A stretch of DNA of 52,778 nt from Clostridia bacterium (GTDB lineage Bacteria > Bacillota > Clostridia > Oscillospirales > CAG-272), in the NCBI GenBank assembly GCA_017646745.1, contig JAGCLY010000080.1, positions 1 to 52,778 of the forward strand, read 5' to 3'. Numbering within the stretch: position 1 is the stretch's first letter; each line of letters begins with the position of its first letter. A program made the translations under genes and the position numbers. Below are positions 9,298 to 17,480 of the stretch, one piece after another. Under the pieces are notes generated by a model that ran no database searches, was not told where the DNA came from, and saw only the letters and a program-made list of their open reading frames with translations.

Positions 9298-10482
9298 ATG
9301 AAAAAGATTATTTCCATAATGTTAATTATTATAATAACATTTAGCTTTAGCGTCCTTTCTTTTGCTGAAAGCAAGGGAAAAAGCAGGGCAGACATCGATT
9401 CCTTTTACGCAAATGCTGATATTGACATCAGCGGCAGAGCCAAAGCTGTATATCTCTGCGAGGCAACAACCGGCAAGGTTCTTTATGCTGAAAATGAGTT
9501 TGACTCGGCCTCTCCTGCATCTGTAACCAAGATAATGACCCTTCTTCTTGTATGCGAGGCGATTGATGCGGGCAGGTTTTCCTTGACAGACACAGTGAGA
9601 GTCAGCGCACGTGCGGCTTCTATGGGTGGTAGCCAGGTCTTTCTCGAGGAGGGGGAGAAAATAAGTGTAGAGGAGCTTCTAAAAAGTGCAGTTATCGCAA
9701 GCGGTAACGATGCCTCAGTAGCACTTGCCGAGCTTACGGCTGGAAGCGAAGCTGCTTTTGTAAAAATGATGAATGCCAGAGCGGCAGAGTTAGGCTTAAA
9801 AAACACCAGCTTTGAAAACGCAACCGGTCTTGACGATACCACCGTTGACCATTACAGCTGTCCTGCTGATATAGCAGCGATGTCACGCGAGCTGATAAAG
9901 CATAGCTATATATTGGATTATAGCTCCACATGGCAGGATAGTATAAGAAACGGCGAATTCACTCTGACCAATACAAACAGGCTGGTGCGATATTACGACG
10001 GCTGTAACGGTCTTAAAACCGGCTCTACGGATAAAGCGGGCTATTGTATAAGCGCTACTGCAAAACGTGGTAATATGCAGCTTATTGCCGTTGTAATGGG
10101 GGCAGAGAGCAGGGATGTGAGAAATGAGATTGCAAGAGAGCTTTTAGATTACGGATTCGCAAATTACGCCCTTTATGAACGAGCCGAGCAGTTTGTGGAA
10201 AGTGTCCCTGTTGTAAGGGGTGTGTATGACAGCGCACAGCTGTATTCAGCCCGATTCAGCATTGTGATAGATAAGGCTAAAATATCAAAAATTGAAATGA
10301 TTTATGATATTCCCGAAAGGCTGGAAGCACCGATAAGCAAGGGAAGCGAGGTTGGAAGCATAATATATAAGGTGGACGGTGAGCAAATCGGCACAAGTCC
10401 TATCTACGTTAATGATTCTGTAGAAAAAATCAGCATGCGTGTGGTGTTTTCGAGGATTTTACAACGAATAATTTGCGGATAA
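9298..10482 (+). CDS. Serine-type D-alanyl-D-alanine carboxypeptidase (PBP5/DacB/DacF class)
   Basis: Signal peptide, SxxK (SPASVTKIMT), SGN (ASGNDAS) and KTG (KTGST) motifs, and a C-terminal PBP5_C-like domain. Confidence 0.9.
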   Translation: MKKIISIMLIIIITFSFSVLSFAESKGKSRADIDSFYANADIDISGRAKAVYLCEATTGKVLYAENEFDSASPASVTKIMTLLLVCEAIDAGRFSLTDTVRVSARAASMGGSQVFLEEGEKISVEELLKSAVIASGNDASVALAELTAGSEAAFVKMMNARAAELGLKNTSFENATGLDDTTVDHYSCPADIAAMSRELIKHSYILDYSSTWQDSIRNGEFTLTNTNRLVRYYDGCNGLKTGSTDKAGYCISATAKRGNMQLIAVVMGAESRDVRNEIARELLDYGFANYALYERAEQFVESVPVVRGVYDSAQLYSARFSIVIDKAKISKIEMIYDIPERLEAPISKGSEVGSIIYKVDGEQIGTSPIYVNDSVEKISMRVVFSRILQRIICG

Positions 10483-10496
10483 ATATAAAAAAATAC

Positions 10497-10525
10497 TTGC
10501 AAATTACATATTAATGTTGTATAAT
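10497..10525 (+). promoter_or_regulatory. Sigma-A-type promoter for pgi
   Basis: TTGCAA (10497-10502), 17-nt spacer, TATAAT (10520-10525). Confidence 0.6.
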
Positions 10526-10566
10526 ATATGAAGAAAATTTTTAAAGTTTTTAAGGATGGATAAAAA

Positions 10567-11907
10567 ATGAGATTAAAGTTAAATGAAAGATTTCTTTCCG
10601 GCTTTGTATCCTCTTCTGAAGTGGAAAATCTTGCGTCTGCTGCTAAGGCTGCGCACAAGACACTTCTTGACGGTACAGGCGCAGGAAACGATTTCCTCGG
10701 ATGGGTAAAACTCCCCCAGGATTATGATAAAGAGGAATTTGCAAGAATTAAGATTGCGGCAGAAAAAATCAAGCAGAATTCTGATATTCTTGTTGTAATC
10801 GGCATTGGCGGTTCTTATCTCGGCGCACGTGCGGCTATTGAGTTCTGCAAGAGCCCCCTCTACAACAATCTTAAGAAGGACACCCCCGATATCTATTTTG
10901 CAGGCAATAATATTTCTCCCACAGCTCTTACCGAGCTTCTCTCCATCTGTGACGGCAAGGATATTTCAGTAAACGTTATTTCTAAGTCTGGTACTACCAC
11001 CGAGCCTGCGATTGCATTCAGAGTATTCAAATCTCTTCTCGTTGATAAGTATGGCGAGGAGGGTGCAAAGGAAAGAATCTTTGTTACCACCGACAAGGCA
11101 AGAGGAACTCTTAAGCAGTTCTCCGACAAGGCGGGATATGAGACCTTTGTTGTACCGGATGACGTAGGTGGCAGATTCTCTGTTCTCACAGCAGTAGGAC
11201 TTCTTCCTATCGCATGCGCAGGCATTGATATTGATGGCCTTATGAATGGCGCAGCTGATGCTATGGAAAGCTTTAAGAGCGATGATGTTAACAGCAATGT
11301 CGCTATCAGATATGCAGTTCTTCGTAATATCCTTCTCGGCAAGGGCAAGAATACCGAAATCCTTGTTGGCTATGAGCCCTATATGCTTATGCTTAACGAG
11401 TGGTGGAAACAGCTTTACGGCGAGAGCGAGGGCAAGGATCAGAAGGGAATTTTCCCTGCATCTGTTGTGTTCTCAACCGATCTTCACTCTCTCGGTCAGT
11501 ATATTCAGGACGGTCAGAGAAATCTCTTTGAAACCGTAATCAGCGTAAACAATCCCGGGGCCTTCTTTGTTATACCCGAGGATGCTGCAAACGTTGACGG
11601 ACTTAACTTTATAGCCGGCCGTGAGCTTGATTACGTTAACAAAACAGCCATGAAGGCAACTCTTCTTGCGCACAACGACGGCGGTGTGCCAAACATCCTT
11701 CTCGAGGTGGAGGACAGAAGTGCATATTCGCTTGGATACCTTATGTATTTCTTTGAGTTTGCATGCGCAATCTCCGGTTATATTCTCGATGTTAACCCCT
11801 TTAATCAGCCCGGTGTTGAGGCATATAAGAAGAATATGTTTGCCCTCCTTGGCAAGCCCGGCTATGAGGATATGAAATCCGAGCTTGAGGGCCGTATTTT
11901 AGGTTAA
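10567..11907 (+). CDS. pgi: Glucose-6-phosphate isomerase
   Basis: 446 aa. Motifs: [46 protein letters not shown] and [12 protein letters not shown]. Confidence 0.95.
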   Translation: MRLKLNERFLSGFVSSSEVENLASAAKAAHKTLLDGTGAGNDFLGWVKLPQDYDKEEFARIKIAAEKIKQNSDILVVIGIGGSYLGARAAIEFCKSPLYNNLKKDTPDIYFAGNNISPTALTELLSICDGKDISVNVISKSGTTTEPAIAFRVFKSLLVDKYGEEGAKERIFVTTDKARGTLKQFSDKAGYETFVVPDDVGGRFSVLTAVGLLPIACAGIDIDGLMNGAADAMESFKSDDVNSNVAIRYAVLRNILLGKGKNTEILVGYEPYMLMLNEWWKQLYGESEGKDQKGIFPASVVFSTDLHSLGQYIQDGQRNLFETVISVNNPGAFFVIPEDAANVDGLNFIAGRELDYVNKTAMKATLLAHNDGGVPNILLEVEDRSAYSLGYLMYFFEFACAISGYILDVNPFNQPGVEAYKKNMFALLGKPGYEDMKSELEGRILG

Positions 11908-11923
11908 TTATGCACATATTTTC

Positions 11924-11940
11924 TTGTGTAATTTACACAA
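11924..11940. repeat. Perfect 17-bp palindrome TTGTGTAA-T-TTACACAA just after pgi
   Basis: Read directly. The 8-bp arms are exact reverse complements. No U-tract follows on the plus strand. Confidence 0.9.
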
Positions 11941-12052
11941 AATCATTGAGTTTGCAATAATTTTATAAATTAAGTATTGCATTTTTATGATATATAGTGT
12001 AAAATGTATACAGAGAGATATACAAATCTCAAATCACAGGAGGATTTTCAAA

Positions 12053-12454
12053 ATGATAAAATTGTTCATCGGCGGCAAAGGCTCCGGCAAAACCAAGACT
12101 CTTATTGAAATGGTAAACAATGCTGTTAACGAATCCAAGGGAAACGTTGTATGCATTGAGAAGGGTGATAAGCTCATCCACGACATTACATATAAAGCAA
12201 GACTTATTGACACCGACGCATATTCTATTTATGATGCAGATGCACTTTACGGCTTCATCGCCGGTATCCTTGCATCCAACTCTGATATTACCGATCTCTT
12301 CGTAGACTCTGCGCTTAAGATCATCGGCAATGACGTTGCTGCATTTGAGGGTATGCTTAGTAAGCTTGAAAAGATCACCAACGACGTGAATCTTGTAATG
12401 ACCTCTTCTATTGCAGTTGAGGATGCTACCGACGCTATCAAGTCTTACACCTGA
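12053..12454 (+). CDS. Small P-loop NTPase-like protein, function unknown
   Basis: GGAGG RBS lies 9 nt before the ATG at 12053. MIKLFIGGKGSGKTKTLIEM carries a Walker A motif, and DLFVDS is a possible Walker B. 133 aa. The 22-codon N-terminal extension in the track lacks an RBS. Confidence 0.6.
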   Translation: MIKLFIGGKGSGKTKTLIEMVNNAVNESKGNVVCIEKGDKLIHDITYKARLIDTDAYSIYDADALYGFIAGILASNSDITDLFVDSALKIIGNDVAAFEGMLSKLEKITNDVNLVMTSSIAVEDATDAIKSYT

Positions 12455-12470
12455 TTTTAATTTAATAATT

Positions 12471-12501
12471 AAAGCCTATGGGTTTTCCATAGGCTTTTTT
12501 T
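12471..12501 (+). terminator. Intrinsic terminator after the P-loop gene
   Basis: 11-bp stem AAAGCCTATGG/CCATAGGCTTT, 5-nt loop, then a T run. Confidence 0.85.
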
Positions 12502-12598
12502 CACGTATTTTTGTCAATTACATAGAATATTATCAAGGCATGGGATAATACCTTGCCACATATTATAATCATAAATTGCATAAGGAATGGTCATAACA

Positions 12599-13459
12599 AT
12601 GCAAGAAAACAGAAACGCATCCTTCTGTAACCCCCAGGGCGGCTTAAATGCTCAGAATGGCGGCAGCGGAACGGTATGCATAGACACTATGAGAGTCCTG
12701 GACAGTTGCCGTGACAGAGACTGTTTCGAAGATGCCAGGGTTTATCTCACTCGCACGGGTGAAGATATTCTTGCGTGCTCCAGCAACGTCAGGGCACGTA
12801 CTGCAAGGCTTCTCTGGGCATACGTTGGTGTAGATGAGGTTCCCTTTAATTGCGGATTCTACCGTATAAAAATTCGTTATTACATTGAGATTGAATTTGA
12901 GGCTTGTTTGGCCGTAGGCAGAAGCCAATGCTTTAAGGGACTTACCGCCCTTGACAAGGAGGTAATTCTTTACGGCGGCGAGGGCAGGGCAATAACCTTT
13001 ACCTCCGACACAACAAGCGGATATTGCGACGTATGCAATGTAAAGGCTGGTACTAACGATCCTGTTGCCGTTGTTGAAACTGTAGAGCCCATCATGCTCG
13101 GCACCAAGGTTTCGGACTGCAACTGTCCTTGTCCCTGCGGCGGAGTAGAATATTCTGACATTCCCGATGGTGTTAGAAATTGCCTCGGAGAAGAGCTGGT
13201 AACCAACTCCACAGGTCCGAGAATCTTGATTTCCTTTGGTATATTCTCTGTAATAAGAATGGAGCGTCCTGCTCAGCTTCTTGTTCATGCAACCGACTAC
13301 AGCGTACCTGACAAGGAATGTAACGGAAGCCCAGATAACGATAACCCCTGCGCACTCTTCAGAACAATATCCTTTCCCACAGCTCAGTTCAGGGGCACTG
13401 CTCATCCGATAGAAATTCCAACTAAAAGCAACAACGGCGGCTGCGGCTGTAAGAACTGA
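12599..13459 (+). CDS. Cysteine-rich hypothetical protein (19 Cys in 286 aa); candidate spore coat/exosporium component
   Basis: Long ORF with no antisense alternative that looks better. Cys clusters: DSCRDRDC, YCDVC, DCNCPCPCGG and a C-terminal GGCGCKN. No signal peptide or TM segment. The start could be 12587 or 12599; AAGGAA lies 11 nt before 12599. Confidence 0.55.
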   Translation: MQENRNASFCNPQGGLNAQNGGSGTVCIDTMRVLDSCRDRDCFEDARVYLTRTGEDILACSSNVRARTARLLWAYVGVDEVPFNCGFYRIKIRYYIEIEFEACLAVGRSQCFKGLTALDKEVILYGGEGRAITFTSDTTSGYCDVCNVKAGTNDPVAVVETVEPIMLGTKVSDCNCPCPCGGVEYSDIPDGVRNCLGEELVTNSTGPRILISFGIFSVIRMERPAQLLVHATDYSVPDKECNGSPDNDNPCALFRTISFPTAQFRGTAHPIEIPTKSNNGGCGCKN

Positions 13460-13466
13460 ATAAAAA

Positions 13467-13493
13467 TAGCCACCTTCGCATAGAGGGTGGCTA
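13467..13493. terminator. Hairpin between the convergent Cys-rich gene and the trmH-family gene
   Basis: TAGCCACCTTC-GCATA-GAGGGTGGCTA. The minus-strand side is followed by TTTTTATT and the plus-strand side by AAAATATT, so it works best for the minus-strand gene. Confidence 0.7.
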
Positions 13494-13498
13494 AAATA

Positions 13499-14278
13499 TT
13501 ACTTTAATGAATTCTGCCTTGAAATTTCATAGGCAAACATCGTTGTTGCCGACGCTGCAGACAAGGAAGCTCTGAACTCTCTTTCATATCCAATCTTTAC
13601 AAGCATATCTGCAGAGTCGATAATTGCCCTGGAAATTCCACGCTTTTCTCCGCCTACAATAAGTAAAATAGGAAGCTTAAGCTCGCATTTGCCAAGTATA
13701 TTATCGGTGTTTTCGTCGGCGCAAACAACTGTATATCCACGGGATTTGAATATCTCTACACAACGTACAGGATTGGACTTAAATATATTAAACATCTCTG
13801 AAGCACCGGCCGAGCTACGCGCAACAACACCGGCAGCGCTCATCCAGTTTCGCTCAGTGAGTATAATACCACTACAACCCATGGCATATAAAGAGCGAAG
13901 GGAATAACCGAAGTTATACGGATCCTCAATGCCCTCGATCATAACATAAAAACCGCAGGGAAGTATGGGAGAATCTGATTCAAGGTAGGGAAGATTTCGT
14001 TCCTCTGCAATAGCAACAAGACCACCGTGAGAGTTGCCAAGAGTCATTTTTTCGAGTTCCCCGCTGTCGCTTTCAAACATTTCATATCCATACTTTGATG
14101 ACACTGCCTTAAGATATCCTACCTCTTTTGATATTTTCTTGAGTCTGTCCTTGTCGAAAAGTATCTTAGTAATCTTACGGTCATTAACGCCCTCATCAAC
14201 ACCTCTGAGTATTGCTCGTATTGACGTCATGCCCTCAAATACGGTAGAATCCTGAAATTTTAATTCTTCTTTTTGCAT
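13499..14278 (-). CDS. TrmH/SpoU-family RNA 2'-O-methyltransferase (RlmB-like)
   Basis: 259 aa. SpoU_methylase motifs LIVGGEKRGISR and ASLSAASATTMFAYE, plus an N-terminal SpoU_sub_bind-like region. Confidence 0.8.
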   Translation of the reverse strand: MQKEELKFQDSTVFEGMTSIRAILRGVDEGVNDRKITKILFDKDRLKKISKEVGYLKAVSSKYGYEMFESDSGELEKMTLGNSHGGLVAIAEERNLPYLESDSPILPCGFYVMIEGIEDPYNFGYSLRSLYAMGCSGIILTERNWMSAAGVVARSSAGASEMFNIFKSNPVRCVEIFKSRGYTVVCADENTDNILGKCELKLPILLIVGGEKRGISRAIIDSADMLVKIGYEREFRASLSAASATTMFAYEISRQNSLK

Positions 14279-14336
14279 TTTAATTTAACTGCCTTCATAT
14301 ATTAGAATAAAGAGTTTTGCCGGAGGAATATTAAAG

Positions 14337-14621
14337 TTGATCGATGCATTTAGAAAAGAACGCTGTGAGCTGATAGCCGAATATGTAATTGATACAGGCG
14401 CAACGGTAAGATCGGCTGCAAACTATTTCGGTGTAAGCAAAAGCACCGTACACAAGGACTTAACATATAGATTAAAATACATAAATCCTGGGCTGCACAG
14501 GGCGGTAAAGGGAATATTAGAGCGAAATAAATCCGAAAGGCATCTTCGAGGCGGAGAAGCCACAAGGATAAAATATCTAACAAAGCATAGATCTGAGTGG
14601 AAAATTTGCAGGGAAAAATAG
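14337..14621 (+). CDS. spoIIID: Sporulation transcriptional regulator SpoIIID
   Basis: KERCELIAEYVIDTGATVRSAANYFGVSKSTVHKDLTYRLKYINPGLHRAVKGILERNKSERHLRGGEATRIKY is colinear with B. subtilis SpoIIID. TTG start has GGAGGA 10 nt upstream. The stop codon is TAG. Confidence 0.9.
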   Translation: MIDAFRKERCELIAEYVIDTGATVRSAANYFGVSKSTVHKDLTYRLKYINPGLHRAVKGILERNKSERHLRGGEATRIKYLTKHRSEWKICREK

Positions 14622-14969
14622 GGAAGTACCCTACCCCTTTTTTGTCCTTGATAATCCTTATTTATTATACAATGTTTTATCTGTCTTTTCAATAGATTTT
14701 ATCAAATATTTATTGTATGATATATTAATAGTAATTTCTTATACTTAAGGATAAAGAATATTTAGTCCATATCATAATACATAGTAATTAAAAATAACTA
14801 ATATAACTATGCGGAAAAATATCTGTGTAAGACATATATATTATAATATTATGTAGATAATATATCTATAAATACAATTATATATAAATATAGATATTTA
14901 CTTTAAAAACAGATAATCTACAAATTCAAGGGATAAATTATGGCAATATAGGCCTTAACTGTTCCCTGT

Positions 14970-14997
14970 ATTATACAAAATTTACCTTTTGTATAAT
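14970..14997. repeat. Perfect 11-bp inverted repeat ATTATACAAAA-N6-TTTTGTATAAT
   Basis: Read directly in the AT-rich spacer. Each arm contains a TATAAT hexamer, and the two face outward. Confidence 0.9.
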
Positions 14998-15174
14998 TGG
15001 ATATATATTTCCCTAACAAGCTACACAGCACAATTCTAGCAGATTTGGCCGTTTTGTGGCTCAAGCGTAGAAAAAGTGTTTTTAAAGGATTATCCTCTGC
15101 TGTTATAAAGAATCCTTAAAAAAATACTAATGAGTCATCCGAGAGTTTACTACTCTGCCCTTCATTTATATTAA

Positions 15175-15207
15175 AGCACGGCAAGGATAGATGCTCCCTG
15201 CCGTGCT
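15175..15207. terminator. Bidirectional intrinsic terminator at the 3' end of aspartate kinase
   Basis: 9-bp perfect stem AGCACGGCA/TGCCGTGCT plus 2 inner G-C pairs. The plus-strand tail is TCTGTTTTATTTT and the minus-strand tail is TTTAATATAAAT. Confidence 0.8.
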
Positions 15208-15212
15208 CTGTT

Positions 15213-16526
15213 TTATTTTACAAATTCATTATATATTGCGTTAAGAGCTGTAATATAGTCGTTAGCATCAACACCGATAATAATGTTAAGCTCGCTAGAG
15301 CCCTGGTCGATCATACGGATATTAACGTTCGCACGAGCGAGAGATGTGAAAATACGTGCGGCAGTTCCCTTCGCTTTAACCATTCCACGACCCACAACTG
15401 CGAGCAGAGCCATATTTTCCTCAACGAATACGTTTTCGGGATTTACATTCTTACAGATACCTGCAAGCACGTCGGCACGCTTCTCAGAGAGTGACTTTGT
15501 AGATACAATAACCGTCATGGTATCAATACCGGATGGAAAATGCTCAAAGGAAATTCCGTTATCCTCGAGAACCTGAAGCACCTTACGGCCGAGACCAAGC
15601 TCGGTATTCATCATCGCCTTCTCTATCGTTACGCTGGAGAATCCTGTTCTGCCGGCAATACCTGTGATAATATAATCGCTCATATCATCGCTTTCGGGTA
15701 CGATAAATGTTCCCTTATCCTCTGGGCGATTGGTGTTTCTTATATTGATTGGAATCTTAGAATATCTTACCGGGAAAATAGCATCCTCATGAAGAACAGT
15801 AGCGCCCATATAAGAAAGCTCACGAAGCTCCTTATATGTAATAGTTTTTATGGGCTTAGGATTATCGATAATTCTAGGATCGGCCATCATAAATCCGGAT
15901 ACGTCGGTCCAGTTCTCGTAGAGTGTTGCGGATGCAGCACGAGCAACAATAGATCCTGTAACGTCAGAACCGCCACGTGAAAAGGTCTTGATTGTTCCGT
16001 TAGGCATCGAGCCATAGAATCCGGGAATAACTGCATATTCATGCTCGGAAAGCGCCTCTCTGAGCACCTCATTGGTCTTTTCGGAATTAAAGCTTCCGTC
16101 CTCGTTAAAGAAGATAACCTTTTTTGCATCTATAAACTGGAAACCAAGATACTTGGCAAGAATCATCGCATTAAGATACTCTCCTCTTGATGCAATATAA
16201 TCTCTACCTGTATTGTGAAGCAGTGCCTCACGGATCCTGTCAAATTTAGGTGTAAGATCAAGATCAATTCCGAGATCGTTAATTATATCGTTATATCTCT
16301 GCTTAATTTCATCAAATACCTTTGTTACGTCCTCCTCGTTTGCAGCAAGCGCATAACACTTGTACAGAAGGTCAGTAACCTTTGTATCATTTCCCTGCCT
16401 TTTTCCGGGCGCAGAAGCAACAACGTAATGTCTGGTAGGATCGCTCTTAACTATCTCAGCTACCTGTCTGAAATGGTTTGCATCAGCAAGCGAGCTGCCG
16501 CCAAACTTTAATACCTTCAGGCTCAT
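15213..16526 (-). CDS. lysC: Aspartate kinase
   Basis: MSLKVLKFGGSSLADA (KFGG.S motif), an amino-acid kinase fold (SRGGSDVTGS), and C-terminal ACT repeats (LAVVGRGM, NIRMIDQGSSELNIII). Confidence 0.9.
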   Translation of the reverse strand: MSLKVLKFGGSSLADANHFRQVAEIVKSDPTRHYVVASAPGKRQGNDTKVTDLLYKCYALAANEEDVTKVFDEIKQRYNDIINDLGIDLDLTPKFDRIREALLHNTGRDYIASRGEYLNAMILAKYLGFQFIDAKKVIFFNEDGSFNSEKTNEVLREALSEHEYAVIPGFYGSMPNGTIKTFSRGGSDVTGSIVARAASATLYENWTDVSGFMMADPRIIDNPKPIKTITYKELRELSYMGATVLHEDAIFPVRYSKIPINIRNTNRPEDKGTFIVPESDDMSDYIITGIAGRTGFSSVTIEKAMMNTELGLGRKVLQVLEDNGISFEHFPSGIDTMTVIVSTKSLSEKRADVLAGICKNVNPENVFVEENMALLAVVGRGMVKAKGTAARIFTSLARANVNIRMIDQGSSELNIIIGVDANDYITALNAIYNEFVK

Positions 16527-16562
16527 ACTAAAGAATTTCTCCTATAAAAAAGTTTCTATAAT

Positions 16563-16591
16563 ATTATATGAAAAAAAACAATGTTTGTCAA
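16563..16591 (-). promoter_or_regulatory. Consensus sigma-A promoter for aspartate kinase
   Basis: On the minus strand: TTGACA (16591-16586), 17-nt spacer, TATAAT (16568-16563). The leader is only ~35 nt, so there is no room for an L-box. Confidence 0.7.
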
Positions 16592-16674
16592 GTATTAATG
16601 ATAAAATATAAGCATTATAAAGAATAAAATGTAATATTTTTTTAGAAAAATGCGAAAAAACATTAAAAAATCTA

Positions 16675-16703
16675 TTGACTTTTTAATACTAGTCTGCTAT
16701 AAT
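16675..16703 (+). promoter_or_regulatory. Sigma-A promoter for tRNA-Ser
   Basis: TTGACT (16675-16680), 17-nt spacer, TATAAT (16698-16703), ending 13 nt before the tRNA 5' end. Confidence 0.7.
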
Positions 16704-16716
16704 ATAGGAGTCGCAC

Positions 16717-16807
16717 GGAGAGATGGCCGAGTTGGTCTAAGGCGCACGACTGGAAATCGTGTATACCCTAACCGGTATCAAGGGTTCGAATCCCTTTCTC
16801 TCCGCCA
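16717..16807 (+). tRNA. tRNA-Ser (anticodon GGA), encoded CCA
   Basis: Folded by hand. Acceptor stem GGAGAGA/TCTCTCC; anticodon stem CACGA/TCGTG with loop CT-GGA-AA; long variable arm ATACC/GGTAT; T-arm AAGGG-TTCGAAT-CCCTT; discriminator G followed by CCA. Confidence 0.95.
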
Positions 16808-16811
16808 AATT

Positions 16812-16837
16812 AACCACCTCATTCGAGGTGGTTTTTT
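16812..16837 (+). terminator. Intrinsic terminator after tRNA-Ser
   Basis: AACCACCTC-ATTC-GAGGTGGTT followed by TTTTTT. Confidence 0.85.
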
Positions 16838-17004
16838 GTTTTTATTTGACGAATAGAAGGCATAATTTATCCGTCATACTATAACCGGTTTTGAAACAGC
16901 CGGAGTGATTACGTTGGTTGCCACTTTTATGTTTTACAAATCCCCTATTGCCTTTTATGATTATCTATGATATAATTATCCTGTATTAAAATCAGGAGGT
17001 ACGT

Positions 17005-17433
17005 ATGATATACACCGACCTTACCAAAATGGCATTAAAGCTCTGTTTTGAGGCACACAAGGATCAAAAGGACAAGACCGGGCTACCGTATGTCTTTCAT
17101 CCATTCCATTTAGCTGAACAGATGGATGATGAGATTTCCACCGTATGTGCCCTGCTTCATGACGTTGTTGAGGATACAGAAATCACCCTTTCCCAGCTTC
17201 GAGACATGGGTTATCCCGACCAGGTTATAGAGGTGCTGTCACTCCTGACTCACGCTGATGACACACCGTACATGGACTATGTCAGAGAGATTGCGAAGAA
17301 TGAGGTTGCAAAGAAGGTTAAGATTGCAGACCTTACTCACAACAGCGATCTTACACGTCTTGACTATATAGATGAATACGCAAAAATTCGTAATAACAAA
17401 TACAAGGAAGCTCTTGATTTCCTTACGAAATAA
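17005..17433 (+). CDS. HD-domain protein of the RelA/SpoT hydrolase type (small alarmone hydrolase-like)
   Basis: 142 aa. HPFHLAEQM...CALLHDVVEDTEITL matches the hydrolase motif of the RelA in this same window (AALLHDTVEDC). There is no synthetase, TGS or ACT part. RBS is AGGAGG. Confidence 0.75.
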   Translation: MIYTDLTKMALKLCFEAHKDQKDKTGLPYVFHPFHLAEQMDDEISTVCALLHDVVEDTEITLSQLRDMGYPDQVIEVLSLLTHADDTPYMDYVREIAKNEVAKKVKIADLTHNSDLTRLDYIDEYAKIRNNKYKEALDFLTK

Positions 17434-17451
17434 CCCTGTTTACAACTAAAA

Positions 17452-17480
17452 GAAAAAGCACCCATACGGGTGCTTTTTTT
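17452..17480. terminator. Bidirectional intrinsic terminator between the HD protein gene and comFC
   Basis: AAAAA-AGCACCC-ATAC-GGGTGCT-TTTTTT. Confidence 0.85.

Noticed and set aside
14809-15165. Tiny ORFs in the AT-rich spacer: MRKNICVRHIYYNIM at 14809, MAI at 14940 and MSHPRVYYSALHLY at 15130.
   Set aside because: All but the 3-codon MAI ORF lack a plausible Shine-Dalgarno sequence; all are very short and occur at chance frequency in AT-rich sequence.
16527-16716. An expected lysine riboswitch (L-box) upstream of aspartate kinase, and a T-box upstream of glnS (20471-20590).
   Set aside because: The leaders between the predicted promoters and the start codons are only about 35-50 nt. That is far too short for either element, and no conserved L-box or T-box motifs are visible.
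16650-16856. 68-aa ORF overlapping tRNA-Ser.
   Set aside because: It spans the promoter, the whole tRNA and its terminator. The tRNA folds perfectly and the ORF has no RBS.
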